From Podospora anserina (Eukaryota): DNA of 64,000 nucleotides. Location of the stretch: assembly GCA_017654855.1 (NCBI GenBank), contig CM030335.1, positions 2,852,001 to 2,916,000 of the forward strand. The letters are read 5' to 3'. The position numbers were made by a program, and so were the translations under genes. The notes beneath the pieces are model-generated. The model was not told the DNA's origin and ran no database searches. It saw nothing but the letters and a program-made list of their open reading frames with translations. Positions 1-13,837 of this stretch are shown one piece after another; positions within the stretch are counted from its first letter, which is position 1; each line of letters starts with the position of its first letter.

Positions 1-1103
1 TCTGTTTTAAGGCACGATTGAGTGACCAGTTCCTTCGAATGTCCGCAGCTCTCGTCCCGAACTAACCCGACACTCACAAACACCGACCTACCATATTCCG
101 ACAATTCCAATCCCGTCTTTCTGGCCTTGGCAGGTTCGCCTCCCCTCACATCGACTGCGCTTTCGAGTAACCCCGCACATGAGTCCGGTGCCAGCTATCG
201 TCACGATCATGCTCCTCGATGCGATGCGGTTCATACCACGACTGGAAGTCTCACTCGCGGTCCATCGAAGTGGATGAAATTGACAATACATATTGAGGGG
301 CTGGCTCATGTACATTTCCATCAAGCGGGCTGTGTCTGGCTTGGTCATGATGGTTGTGGAGATGGAATTCCCTGTTGTAACTTGCTGCGATTTAGGGTAC
401 AGGTTGCTGATTGGAGACCTGGAGCTTCCTGGGCTGTAAACAGCGCCCATTTTACACAGGGCCTTTGCTCATGAATACACCAAGTGCAGGATTCAGCCTA
501 CCCTTCATAAATGTTTTTCCATTATTGATTACATCTGAGGTGAAGTCGCCTCGATTTCCCTTTTATATGCTGTGGGGCATGTACTGAAGGGTGTGGGTAG
601 GTTGGCTTTTGAGTCTGGAAGGTCCCTCGGATTCAACTTTGACATTAGTCCACTAGTTGCCCTGTTCCCCTTGGCAATACCATTTGCTTATTTGGGACTT
701 AGATTCTCTTTGTAATTACATCCCACTTGAACACTTATCCTACTTTTTGAACGGCCGTTATGATTGGAAGGCTTCTATGATATTGTACATTAGGCCGTTC
801 GCCTCCCGATATTTCTATCAGACTGCCTCTCCCCCCAGCCACGATCACTCTGTGCCCCCTCAACTAAGACTCCGGAGTTAAAAGAAAGAGACCGACCCAC
901 AGCAAAGACCTCGGATAAAAGCACACGAACTTGTGCTATTTCTTTCTCTATAGCCAGCACCGTTGCTTTGGGCGGTTCGGCCACAGTCGAAGGGGTTCTG
1001 CTTTGGCACGGGTAATTCTCCCCTCAACAAACATTCAGATATTTACTGATGGATGTCCAGAAAGAACTAAGTCCTGTCATCCTTGAGGAGCATCTACGAC
1101 ATC

Positions 1104-1746
1104 ATGAGCGACGTACAACCTGCATTCAACACCGCCCTCCGCCGGGTCAACGCCACAGTGCTTCGTGTGAATCATCGCCGAGAATGCATCATGGGTGCTA
1201 AAGTTCTTCCTAATCATGTGGGTACAGAGGGCGTCACCTTACAAACGTGGTATTCAGAACACCATCGAGTCAACTACATCTCTAAGGACATGCTAGCGGC
1301 GCTCGGATGGAACTATTGCACTCCGGACCTTGGCAGAACTCTGAACCCACGGGGAGGTGTCTTCAAACCTGTTGGATGGGTCGATCTTTACGTGCAACAG
1401 CCAACTTCCCCGTTCGATTGGAAATTTGTTCAATTCCATGTCCTTGACGAACCCCTTGGGATTGAAGTGTACGACATCCTCGGCCAGCCCCGGAGATTTG
1501 ATCTCATTATCGGCGAGGCCAGCTGCGCTCAGCTCTTGGGTAACGCTTTCGACTACCAGCAGTACAACTTCGACCCCGAGGGTTTTGAACAGCAAAGGCA
1601 ATACGACTATGCTCTTTGGGAGCAGCAGCAGCTTGAGATATTGAACAGGGAGCAACAAGATTACGGTCGCTACGATTGGAACTGGTATGTTTCGCTGGTT
1701 TTGCCCCTCTATCATTCATTCCACACTGACATCAATCTCTTCCAGA
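1104..1746 (+). CDS. Hypothetical protein, possible degenerate retropepsin-like (aspartic protease fold) domain with Q/Y-rich C-terminal tail
   Basis: Open frame from ATG 1104 (in-frame TAA upstream at 1068-1070). Canonical-looking intron 1685-1745 (GTATGT..CTGAC..CCAG); splicing creates the TG|A stop. Segments 'NYISKDML', 'FKPVGWVDL', 'VQFHVLD', 'FDLIIG' recall retropepsin folds but no D(T/S)G is present. Confidence 0.55.
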
Positions 1747-4700
1747 TTTTCTCTCTCTAAATCAGCGGGGGCATCCACACGCGCTCTTTTGGCTTCGGGA
1801 TTTCATCAAATCAGTGCTTTTTACGACGTGGGGGATATTTAAGGAGGTTGATTTTAGGGCGGACTTTTGCGTATTATGATTTACATTTCCTATCGTGCTA
1901 TTACACGCACGTTAACCCCCTCTAACGTTTCTTACACCAACCCTTCTAACACCTGTATCATTCGACCTCCCCAACACGACTACCTCCCGACACTTTATTA
2001 TACGGTGAAGAAAATCCCATTGATGTCAAGCTATTATTATTCTCGCTTTTGCCAGTTTTACTAGTCCAGGTTTTGGCTTTATTTGGAATTTGGAGGATTT
2101 CTTTCTCTTATTTAGCTGGAAATAGCAGAATCTTTGTACGCAACGAGAATAAAACATCAACTGCGAAACAAAAAAACAAAAAAAAACCAAGACAAATTGA
2201 CTGTTGTTGCAAGTCGTGACACCGCCTCCATAGAAGTTGCATGGCATCTGTTGCCCGGAGCCAACCAACTCCACGTCCACCGATCCCAGACCCTGACCAA
2301 CAACCCAGCCGGCGCGCAGACGAAAATCCCGTGACCACACAGCATCCAGCGGCACTAACATTACTATGGTAGACCCCCCAGCAGACTCCCAGGATACCGG
2401 GGTTTAATTTACGAAACCCACCTAAAAACCACGGCACACTACCGCCTACCGCCTCATCAACCCCTGCCTCTTATCTCCTCCCACAAAATACCGCCTACCA
2501 ACCTGCAAAGACCTTGTAGCACCCGAACCAAAATTTTGCACCGCCCGGTCCCATCTCCTTGCTCCCGCACGTGTGGAGTGTGTATCAAAGTGCGCGCCCC
2601 TCGGCAAGGCGGGAAGGATCGCAGCTTACCAGCAGATTTGATGCCGAAACAAGGGCCATTGATCATCATTTTTCTCATGTTGCACACATCGCACTTGGGG
2701 CTTCAGGCGTTATTTTACCGAGGCATGACAGAAGCCACGTTTCGGGTTCTCTCTTTCCAGGATCAAAAGCAACAACAGGTTGCCTCGTATCTTCTGCATT
2801 CGGTGTACATGCTAGTGTATGTAATGTCCGCAACTGTGTGCGTGTGGTCGGTGTAAAACTAACAAGCGAAAAACACCCCAGTCGAGTCCTGGAGGGGAAA
2901 AAAAGAAAATAAGGGAGCCAACAAACACAGTCTGCCGGCTTGGTAAATGCAGCAAAGAGGCTCAGTGGTCGTGTGTGGTCGATACGGTGCTGAGGTAAGC
3001 TGTACCTACCCAGTTTTGGCAAGTGGGGTTCACGCACGCCGTGCGAATGATTGGTAACCCGAGCTCTCAGCCCCCAAACTCCGGATCTGTACGGACTTCA
3101 TCCGGACCCACCTAGCGGCAAGATCGGAGCCGAGTAGGGGGTAGAGAATGCCTAGGCCCCCAACTGATGGACTGGGGGGAGACGTTTGGAATTTGCTAGG
3201 GTGGGCAAGCAAGCCACATGACGTTCGGCCCGAAGCGCTGAGAGTGGCGCAGTGATTGTTTCGGCGGTTGGTGAGCCTGGCTGCCTGTTTGTAAGTGTCT
3301 TTTTGTCGTCTGATATGGCATGATCCTGCTCCTCGATCTTGATCAGTTGGGACGGCCTCGACATCAGACGGAGTGATACGACGCCGTCTGACAGATGCAG
3401 GGTCGCAACTGCGCGGTTGTCGCTCGTGAGAGGTGTAGTTGTTTGGTGTCCGGGGTCTGCATATGCCGTTTTGAGTGGCTGCATGTGTGTATGTACTTAA
3501 GCTGCCTCAGGCACGCTGCAGGTATAACGGGCTAACAGCGATGAATAATGTTGATGCCCCTAGCCGGTCTGCATTGGACTATCCAATCATACATTTTCTA
3601 TTCATCATCCTTCGTGATCTTAACTTGACCTCACAAATGTAGCTTGAGCCCCGGGGTTTCCGGGTTGGCAGTGGTTGCTTGGTCGCCTTCCTCTCCGCGA
3701 GATATCACCCTACTCCGAAGAGCCACGTTTCTTTTCATCAAAAGAAAAGCTTCATTGCATCATACCACATGTTTGTGATGACTTGCTAGAAGCGAGCCAA
3801 TAAGATTGGGCAATGGGCTCCAAAAGACTCCGGGAATCCGGAGGCGTCGCCGGAAGCATGACATCACCTTTCCGGTGGTGGCAGTGCATCTCTCCATGCC
3901 CCGCGGGGACATTGGGGCACAACGGCATCAACGGTCGTTTGGCTTGATGAGGTGGCGGCGGTGGTTACTCGAAAGCGGCCGTAAGGACTCGTCATCACCT
4001 GACAAGGTGGAATATGCAAATCAGATATCGTGTTGCACAAAATGTGTGTGATAGGGGAGTTCTCGCAAAGCCCAACATTTACACAGACAAATTAGGAAAG
4101 AGAATCCCACTGAAGCTTGCTGTGGCTTGCTGAAAATGCCATTGAGGATGGATGTAGTGGTGAAATATGCGCGTCTAAGCGCAGGCGTCGAACCGGCGTG
4201 GGCATCGGCCAATCAAAGATTGAATTTTTGATGACGACGACACGAAGTAACTTCACACAACCACTACAGCCCATGGCAAAAGTCATTGGCCCGTGTCAGC
4301 CTATCGACCCGAAGTACTTCACTTGACAGTTGGTGATCGCGCCAACCGCTGCGGTTCGGGACGATGCATCGTGGTGGTCCGTTCGGCGTTGTCTCCTCAT
4401 CGAGACCGGAAACCTTCGGTCGGTAGCGGTGATCCGTCTTTTCTGTGTTGTGTGAAGACTCCGTGATTGGTTGCCAGAAATCAGTCTGAGGGGACGCCTG
4501 GCCACCCTAAGTACCGTCAAACCGCCCTGTCATTATCGTGCGTCGCATCGCATGGCCTGTTAATTTCCCAGTTTCCATGCCCGGGAGTCCCGTGATATCT
4601 ATCCAACGATACCCTCCTCAGAATGAAATAACAACAAACATGTTCGCTCGAAAACACCTCACCAGAGGGGCCTCTAGTCCGAATGGCAAATTTTGTGTGT

Positions 4701-5280
4701 CAAATTCCGACTCTTTGTGTGGTTGAAGTGACACCTCTGTTCCTCACCGAGCTCAAGAGGGTCGACTACTTAATCCAATCGTAGATAGAGGAGTGAGTTC
4801 CAAAGTCGAGCACCATGGCCGCATCTAGGAAGCAAGCCAGGGCGGTTCAGGATAGAATATTGAATTCGTTTCAACAAATGACATTACCTATTGTGACCAT
4901 GTAACTGCCATGCCGCTGTCTAGTGTGGCTTGAACTGATTGGACTCCTGGTAACAACCTCAAGTCAAAATGCCTACCAGACCGAGAAATGGACTGGGAAA
5001 GAAGCCTTTCTTCACATCCGCAATCAGGCCCAGTCAATCAGGATGTGCAGGGCATTCGACAAAATATCCGGTGATGGTTTGGAAACATGCGCCACCCCGA
5101 TCCATCTCTATCCGTCCTGGTCCGCTCGGTCTTCCTCTGCAGGTTGAGCTCAGGCGGATGGCCAGGTGAAACGATGAGGGGCCATTATTTCGTTTCAATG
5201 CGGAAGATAGCATCGAGAACACTGATCTGTAGGGTGATATGACCGTCAGCCCTGTAAGCCTATCACCGTCTGATCCGTCA

Positions 5281-5328
5281 TATTAGCCCTGATTCCAAGT
5301 ACCATATCAGCCCTGATTCCCAGTACCG
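5281..5328. repeat. 24-bp tandem duplication (2 copies)
   Basis: tattagccctgattccaagtacca followed by tatcagccctgattcccagtaccg, just downstream of the esterase stop codon. Confidence 0.8.
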
Positions 5329-5383
5329 ACTTTTGCCCATGATTTTCCAGGACCTGTTTGTAGTTTGCTTTGCCCTTATGAAT

Positions 5384-7431
5384 TCATTCACCAGCATTGC
5401 CACCAACATAGTTCCGGCTCACATCGCCCTCCACCCTCACAAGGTTCTGCGGCACAACCTCCCCAGGAGGAGAGTACCCCCCCAAAGCCGTCACAGCCGC
5501 CGCAAATCCTCTCCAAAAATCACAAGGCGTTTTCTGATTCTTATCGTCACTGACAGTCGTTATCCCCCAGCCACCCACATCCAGCACGCCCGAGATTTGC
5601 TCGCCTCGTCCGCTGACAGGATGGTTCCAACGTATAGCCGGTGGAAGATTCAGTATCTTTCTGTTCATGTTTGGATTCCCTGTGGTGATGTACGACGCAA
5701 AATAACTCTGCATCGCTGTGCTGATGCCTGCCACCAAGGTGCCGAGGACAGGTACAAAGAACATGGCCAGGTCGTCGAGGAAGGTGTCGGATGTGTAGGC
5801 TGTGCTGAAGAAAGTGGGTATCAGGTCGGTGGCGTGCTGGCCAGGGAAGACGCTGTATTGCATGTTCCAGACTTTGCTATCGCCGAAGGACTCTGTCAGA
5901 TCTGTAGAGATAGAGTGGACGTTAGCAACCATGACTCAAGAAGCAACGGGAACGCCTGGACTTACGCCTAATGTGGCACGTAAAGCAACTATCTCTTGTA
6001 AACTCCGTCATCCTAGCTGTCTGTGTGGCATACTTTGACTTCTTCGTCCCTTTGACAGGAGGGTATGCTTCTTCAATCTTGTTGTTCACACCTGCCGTCA
6101 GAGTATTGTTGGGAAACAGCTGGCCCAAAAAGCCTGAGAACTGCGCATCTGTCTGAATGGAACCGCCCACAAACAAACTTGCCTCGTCCGCGACATGGGA
6201 CAGGATCAAGGAATCGAGCTTCCAAAACTTTCCCAGGGCGAGCTCCAGCACTGGCAACTGGCGAATAAACTTGCCATCCGGTGTTGGGCCAATTGCAAAG
6301 GTACCCGGTGCCTGCTTCAAGTTCAGCGCGTTATTTGCCTTGATCAACGCCGTCGGGTCAGCAGCTCGCAGACAGGCCAGCCCTTTGCCTTGACATCCAG
6401 CGAGTGTTGCAAAATCCTGAAATGTATCTTCAACTTTGCCAGCACGGTCCCATATCGGCTGGAAGGCTGGAGATTGCAGAATTGCCCTTGAGAAGAGAGG
6501 ATCAAGGCGACCCCCTTCCGCGACAATGTGGTGAAATATCGACGACGCACCCGCCGATTCGCCCATTGCAGTGACTTGGGTAGGATCACCACCAACCAAG
6601 TGAATATGATCCCTCACCCACTGCAAAGCAGCCCTTTGATCGTGCAATCCAGCGTTTGGGAGCCCGTCTCTTTCCATGGATTCCCCTGCCAAGAATCCGA
6701 AGGCACCGACGCGGTAGTTGATGGCGACAAAGATCATGTTGTTATTTGACTGCCCAATCATCCCTCCTCCATCGTAGAACGGTAAGTCGGGCGTCATCGT
6801 GTCCTTGCTGCCAAAGAGAAAGCCACCTCCGTAGATCCATACAACGACGGGTAACTTGATGGTCGGGTTTTTGAGCGCCTTTCCAGGCACATAAACGTCG
6901 AGGAATAGACAATCTTCGCTTCCACCTGAGAAGAGTGGCAATGGGATTCCACCAAGGCTGAAGAGGAGTCAGATACTAGAAACATGTGGGGTTTCCCATG
7001 AAGAACAGCACCTACAACTGGTTTATGACAGCTCCGACAGGCGCCTTGTTGCCTGGTCCGACCACATTGATACCATTCGGAGCCGACTGAATGCATCTTG
7101 GCCCATAACTGCCATCCTGATGAGTGCTATTCTGTGCTGGGGGCGCTGGTTTGGCCCATCTCAGCTCACCGACAGGTGGGGCCGCATATCTGATGTTCTT
7201 GAAGATGTACCTATGATGTCGTTAGCTTGTGAGACGACTCAATCTCCAAGACGCAAGAACTTACAAATCGCTTGATGACCGATAACTTGAGGCTCTATAC
7301 GATCCATATGGTAAAGTGAGTACCGGTAGCGAGGACTGTGATTGAAAGCTAATACCAGGCTTCAAAGGAATGCAAGTAACAAACGAGAAGAAAGATGTAA
7401 AGAAGTAAAGGAGTGTATAAGGGACCGCCAT
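5384..7431 (-). CDS. Secreted type-B carboxylesterase/lipase (alpha/beta hydrolase)
   Basis: Four exons (7431-7265, 7210-7016, 6957-5966, 5901-5384); introns 7211-7264, 6958-7015, 5902-5965 all keep frame. Hydrophobic N-terminus MAVPYTLLYFFTSFFSFVTC, then NIRYAAPPVGELRW, SEDCLFLDVY, WIYGGGF, nucleophile elbow GESAG, candidate catalytic His in GQHATD. Confidence 0.93.
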
Positions 7432-10400
7432 CTCGAGCGGACGGTGAGCAGCACACTACACGCCACCGAACCCACAAGTTTGACAAGAACTCGCAAAGAA
7501 AAGGCCAAGGCCATCAAACATGGGTGGCATCACCCATATATCAGTGGCCCCCACCCCAGGTAAACACCAGAAAAACGCCTTGATCGATCTCTCCGGGCCG
7601 CCCGGCCGGCCATCACACCTCTATCCTCACCGGGCAAATAAGCAGCCAGAGAAGCTGTCCTCAAGCCTTGTATAAGATAGAATCTTCTTCAAAGGGAAAT
7701 TATCTCCATGAGATCGCGCCGTAGCTGCAAGGTACCGGAATTAGTGCCTCACCTTAACAACTTCTGTGCCCATAATGCGCCAATCAGAGTGCTCAATTGA
7801 CCATCTCATCTTCGAAAGGTTGTGATATGGATTTGAACAATCTTTCAGTTGGTAGCCCTACCAAGGGTGGCGACCTATCAGTCTGTCGCTATTGAACCTC
7901 TCGTGATGCTTGACCAATTCGTGTTGTTTGTTGTTTTTGTGCCCCTCGTCGGTCGCAATGAAGGCAGACCGAAAACCGACCTGGGTCGCTTGCGGTCGCG
8001 ACCATTATGCGTGGGAAATACGAGGCCGCAGAGGCAAAGCAAAGGTAGAACTTGAGATGCCTCGGTCAGGCAGTGATGACTGACTGGTGTGGTAGCGGGT
8101 TTGCACCTCAAATCGAAGTGATGTTAAATTTGGAGATTGGTCGACGGCATGATGAGCGTTGATTCCACCATGGAATAGGGGAGGCGCTTAGAAACCCTAA
8201 CCCTCCATTCATCGCCTGAGGGACAAGAAAGTGGAGGATAAAACAGAAACCAACCGGCTCAATTACATGTGATGACTCCGATTGCTCTCATAATTCCTGA
8301 TAAAACAATGAGTAGTTGTTTATTATGGTTTGAAGACAAAAAATGAAAGGCTGACGCTGCGATTATGAGGGCATTCCACGGCACGCACGTAACATCTGTT
8401 TAAGGAAAACATTGAGAAGCAGACTTCCAGCCCTCACAAGCATTACAGACGAACGTCTGCCCGAATGGTCTAGACAGTTGAGACAGCACAAGATCATCCT
8501 TCTCATGGCGCTTCCTAATGGTAAATTCAAGAAGCAAAGACAAAAAGGCAGCGTTTCCTTGTCGACTGGAAACAAGAAGTACGAGTATATCGAAAAGATT
8601 GGGAAAGGAAAGCAGGAATACACTGTCAGTCTGGCCGAAACGTAGATGACGACGTCATGCCAAAAAGGGAGTCGTAGCTCAATGCGAAAACAATACCGGT
8701 TGTCAACATCAAGAGTTTACCAAAGGAAAAATGAGGGTACGACTCGAAGAAGGAACTTCGATGCAAGCAATCCCAAAATAAAGGCAGTGATAGTCGAAAA
8801 TCTTGTAGTTGGTTAAGTGATGTTTCTGGTCCCGTTGTCCATTTTCTAAGTCCACTTGATGAGAATCAAGGGTGAAAAAAAATGTCGAAGAATAAAATAA
8901 AAATAGGTGACCGTATGTATTTTAGCTACCAATTCGCGGCCTCTTTGCCCAGAGAGACATCTCGACCTTGACGATGGTATCTAGAATATAAGCATCAACA
9001 AATTCACAAGCGCCCTCTTGAATAGAGATACTTAAGAATAAACAACCTTCTTGAAAAGAAGGTTAAAAAGAACTACAGCTGCACCTTGCATTTCAATGCG
9101 AGATGGGGGAAGAAAAAAAGAAGATACAATGACCCGCCTCAAAGAGAATCTTCCAGCACGCAACTCCACCCACCGGGGACCGGCCTGCCTGCTCATGGCG
9201 ACATATTTGCTGAATTGTTGATATCGAAAGAGAAGGAGAACAGAAGGAGAACGTCGATCGTCGAATTGGCGACTAAGTCAACCCTTTAAGCCGATCCCAA
9301 GAAAGCACCGAGTGCAATCTGCACACCCAGGCAAAGCCCATTTACCCAGGTGGTAAGGAATCGAACCGTCGCGACGGGTGAGAGCGCTATGCTGGCTATG
9401 TTGCGCATTGCGCATTACACCACATGGCCATTTCAGTTGTGTCTGAATTTGATATCTCCTGGTGCGGAAAGAACACCTGTAAACCCCCGTCAGTTGCTCT
9501 TCGACGTTGCTGCTTGCCAGGTGGTGACGTTAAGTTGCTCCTGCTACTAGAGCGACCAACCCTCGCGACTGCTGTGTCAGCATACACAACCGGATGGACA
9601 TGTCTATCTGCCCTACCAGTAAGAGACAGCTACCTACCAGCGAGAGTCAGCTACATCCGCACCATTACTACCATCACCAACATCATCAAACATCCAAACC
9701 CAGAAAGGAAATAGCACAACTCAAGCAACAAAATCTCACCTTAACTCAAACTCATCATTCCCAGCTCCCATCTCCTCCATCCACACCCATCGTCTCTCCA
9801 TCCACGCGAAAAAAAATATTTCGCCCATGCCCAGTATCCATACCCTCTGTCCATACCCACTCTCCATGCCATCCATCATATCACAACAACAATAACAATA
9901 ACAACAAACGAGGATCAATGAACTGCACCCCAACCGGGGACCTCGCTGAGCATAGGTTCTTCAATCACTGCCGCACCCCCTTGAAGGGGGCGACGAGGCC
10001 GGGCGAGGCTGCGGTCCCAAGATCGTAGAACAAGAACGTGACTCGAACCTGCGACCTTGGTTTCCGACTAGCGAACCTCCTTGAGGAGCCCAGGCCGTCT
10101 CGACAGGTTGTGCCGTACGCAACGATACAGTCGTTGTGGTGCTGCCTTGATTTGGTGCAAACCCGACACCTAAAACCCCTCCTCCGGTGTCCCATCTCTT
10201 CCATGAGTAGGTTGAGCAGCATCATTACCCACTGTCACCATCAACAGCTGCCATCGTCGTCCAATCTCACCATCATCAAGCCTCGTCGTCGTCCACCATC
10301 ACGATCACCATCATCCATCTTCACTCTGATCTCCCTCACCACATCCACACTCAACATCACCTGCCATCGTTAGCCATCACCACTGCCATCATCACCCTCT

Positions 10401-10907
10401 CCCACTACTCACCACATCACACCACACCTAACTCAGACATCAACCACCCTTGTTGCAAATCTTAAAGTTCACTACTTCATCCTACCTACCCAGAAGCACA
10501 AACTGCGTACATCATCACCAATATGTCTCCATCTCCTCCATCTCCCCACGTCAGATGTGCTTCAACGCAACCCTCTCCTCATCTCCGTCAACGATCTCCT
10601 TCGACTTCAAACCACACAAGAAAAAAACGTATGCATCCAACCCTCCATCAAAAAAACAAACACGAAAACCAACAAAGAAGAGAATCATCAAACACAACAA
10701 GAAAATCCATTTGTAGTCCCATTTCCCACCAAACGCCACAACCAAAACTCAACTCAAATGCTACCATGCACAAGGAAAGAAAAAAAGGTCATCGTTGAGC
10801 GAGGATTCTCAAACGTTGAACGAACCGAAACGCGTCCCCATCCTCATCCTCACCTCTCAAGGGTATCTTGCCACTGCACACACCTCCCTCCAAACAATTG
10901 TCCCTAA

Positions 10908-12324
10908 TCACTCCTTCATCTTGACATAATTACTGGGGAAAATACCGTGTTTCGTTCCAATCATGCCCGTCCTAAATCATCGTGTCAGCCTCAACCTCCA
11001 AACCATCTCATCAAATGTCAAACCTTACCACCAATCCGTAGCATTATCCGTCTTCTTCAAGACAGTGATCACATCCCCCTTCTTGAATCCCAAATCGCCC
11101 GGCTCCACCGCCTCAAAGGTAAACAGCGCAATAGCCTCATTCTTCTTCAACATGGCTTCCTTACCCGCGTAGTTCGGCTTCGGCGCCGCCGGCCGTCCAG
11201 GCGGAGCCTTCTTCTCTCCTGTCGCGGCCCCACCAAAAGAATTATCCGCATACGTGCTCGACCTCGACCCCTGCCCAAACGATCTGGGCTCCTGATCATA
11301 AACCGGATCCTGCCACGTGGAAGATCTCTTGGGTGGCGCATAGTAATCTCCCTGTCCACTGCTCCCTGCAGGCACACTGTCCCGGTTCCTCGACTGCCCC
11401 TCCCCATAAGCTTGGCCAGTCTTGTTACCCCAGACAACCGGGTCTTCGTGGTCGTCATACACCGGTACGTCGTTGTACATTCTGTTGTCCATCGATCCAC
11501 CGCCCGCCATACCGTTGAAAGCTCGAGTGTTGAGGATGCTCATTAGGGGATAAGCCTGCGACGGTGGGCGCTCGGCTCCAGACAGGAGTTCCCTCGCCGA
11601 GATCTGTCGGCCGTAGAGCTTAGCATTGGCGTCCTTGCGCTCGATAATGGCTGAGCCTTCGAGGGAGACACCGGCGAATAATCCCTTTGTCTTGGAGTAG
11701 CTGAAGATACCGGCCACACTTCTCAGAGAGGCAGCGCCGGCAGCTTCTGCGTTCCTGCCTACAGGACCAGCAGCTATTGACACATTGCCGCCGAGTGTGA
11801 GGGAGCCAGCCTGGGAGAAGGTCTTGACAGCGCTGGCGTCATTGAGAATAAAGACGAAATCTGTCAGCTCGAAGCCGATCTGGCCACCAAAGCCAGCACC
11901 GCCAGTTGCGATTGCGGATGGGGCGCTCCAGGAGCCATCGGGGAGGCGGGCGACGACGAGGCCGGAGCCGAAACGGGCGGATCCGAGAAAGCCTGCTTTG
12001 ATCACAGTAAGGATAGCGAGGCCCTGTTGTGTAAAAATTGTTAGCCGGGGAGTTGACGGAGCCCGACAATGGCATGGCAGTTGGTTGCTTACCTTGGCGT
12101 TGGCGAGGACAGATGGTGGGATGACCTTCTCGGGTCCAAAGGCTTGTCTAGGGTCGATGAACGAGGAGAGGATCTTGCCGCACTTTTTGCATTCGGCTGT
12201 GGGAGGAGGAAAGTGTCAGCTATCTGTCGAAGCAGAGATTGTGCCATCATCTTTGAGTCGCGGGATGCTCGGGATGTAAGTACGCACAGGATAAGCTCGA
12301 AGGGAGCGGATTGTTGATTCCCAT
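10908..12324 (-). CDS. YSC84: SYLF (DUF500) + SH3 domain actin/endocytosis protein, Ysc84/Lsb3 family
   Basis: Starts MGINNPLPSSLS; introns 12197-12287, 12024-12092, 10972-11028. SYLF motifs KAGFLGSARFGSG, GGQIGFELTDFVFILN, GLFAGVSLEG; C-terminal SH3 ALFTFEA..DWWTG..GIFPSNYV. Confidence 0.93.
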
Positions 12325-13471
12325 GGCTGCTGCTGTGTCGGGTGCAGGTGATCCTCAATGACCAAAGGGTAGAAGACGAAGAAAACAACAAATATTTCGA
12401 GTGGTGTAAGAAGAGGCTTTTTTGCTTTGTGGTCTCGTTACGGCAATCCGGCTTGCGCGGGGGGGAGTGCTGCAGTCTAGGCAGAAAAGTAGCCAATGCT
12501 TGGTGGATTGATCAACTATCAAAAAAGCTCCCAGCAGGCGTGTCCTTGTCAGGGAATCTCAAAGATATTTCAAGGGCGATAAACGATGTCGAAGGCCTTT
12601 CTAAGAATGCAAAGCAGCAATTGCCATTGCCGCGCGTCCAGTAAGTGGGCTGTGTATGAAAGGTGACAGTTTGGAGTTTGTGGTGGATGTTCCGTTACTC
12701 TGCCTTGTGATCGACTCTCTCTCCCGCTCGTGGTTGCTGAGTGGCAGCTGGAAGCTTCCCCGCAATTGTTCCCTCGCGCACATGCCAAGCTAGAGCGACG
12801 GCCTCCATTTTGGCTTGGAAGACGGAATGCGCTTCCGGATCCCTTGTCGGCGGAGATAACAGGTTGATATCTTGACATGTGTAGATACTCTACTGAGAGC
12901 CTCTACAGTATCCCAGCTCTTCTGAAACCAGCATGTCCTGAAAACAACCCCCGTGCAAAATCCCGTTCATGTACGACATTCTTCAACCCCAAAAATATTC
13001 AACACCTGGCCCGTCCGTAGTTGACATCATAGGCGCAGTCCTCACCCACAGCCGCCCGCCGCCGCCAACAGTACGCAAGGCAACGCGCCACACTGTGGCC
13101 TGCTCCGGGCCCCACAGAAAAGCGGCTTCAAGCAGGGACCCCAACATTTCATCCCGTCTCCGGCTGGCAAGTCACTGGCGCCAGCGCTTTCAGCCCCCTT
13201 TCTCCCCGTTCATGCATGCTGCGTAAACGCATTTGCCACAACTCCAGACGAACCCACGACGACACCCACTGCGCGCAACACTATCGCGAGATTTTAACAC
13301 GAACCCATCTTCCGCCCAGACCCCGCGATCATCCTGCCCCGAGTCCCTGGCCCACGCCCACGACCGACCCAACTGTGAAACATCCTGTCTCTCCCCTCCG
13401 ACAAGCCGCAAGAACAAAGCCCCCAGGCACCACCCTCACCACCACACCTCCCATCCACACCCTCAGTCAAA

Positions 13472-13837
13472 ATGTCCGAATCCTACGAACGCGAACGCCA
13501 AAACAATGCCCGCCTCGACGAGCTCTCCGCCAAAGTCTCCGCCCTCCGCGGCGTAACAATCGACATCTATGACCACGCCCGCAACCATGAGCTCATCGAC
13601 TCCAGCGTACGTCCCTTTTCCTCCTCCCAGCACAACCGAAACAACCAAGCAAACTAACACTCATTCTCCCATTCATAGACCGAAACCTTCTCCTCAATGG
13701 GCACCCAACTCAAGGGCTCAGCCGGCAGACTAGGCCGCATGGCCGCCAGCGGGAACAAAGTCGCCATTCTCAAACTGTCAGGGATATTGATCGGCGCGTT
13801 TCTGGTGCTGTATTACCTCTGGAGGTTGATGTTCTGA
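13472..13837 (+). CDS. SFT1: Small tail-anchored Golgi Qc-SNARE, Sft1/Bet1 family
   Basis: MSESYERERQNNARLDELSAKVSALRGVTIDIY SNARE helix; intron 13607-13678 (GTACGT..CTAAC..TAG); exon 2 ends in a TM helix ILIGAFLVLYYLW then TGA 13835-13837. Sft1 versus Bet1 not resolved with certainty. Confidence 0.85.

Noticed and set aside
9350-9380. GGTTCGATTCC B-box-like motif (minus strand) with palindrome CCGTCGCGACGG
   Set aside because: No cloverleaf; a short palindrome is compatible with chance.
10030-10110. tRNA T-arm-like GGTCGCAGGTTCGAGTC on the minus strand
   Set aside because: T-stem does not pair (GCAGG/CACGT) and no acceptor or D arm can be folded; at most an isolated B-box-like match.
9600-10900. 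His/Gln/Pro-rich short ORFs (CAC/CAT/CAA runs); similar tracts at 30400-31150 and 62700-63700
   Set aside because: Low-complexity C/A-rich sequence that is the reverse of G/T-rich 3' flanks of minus-strand genes.
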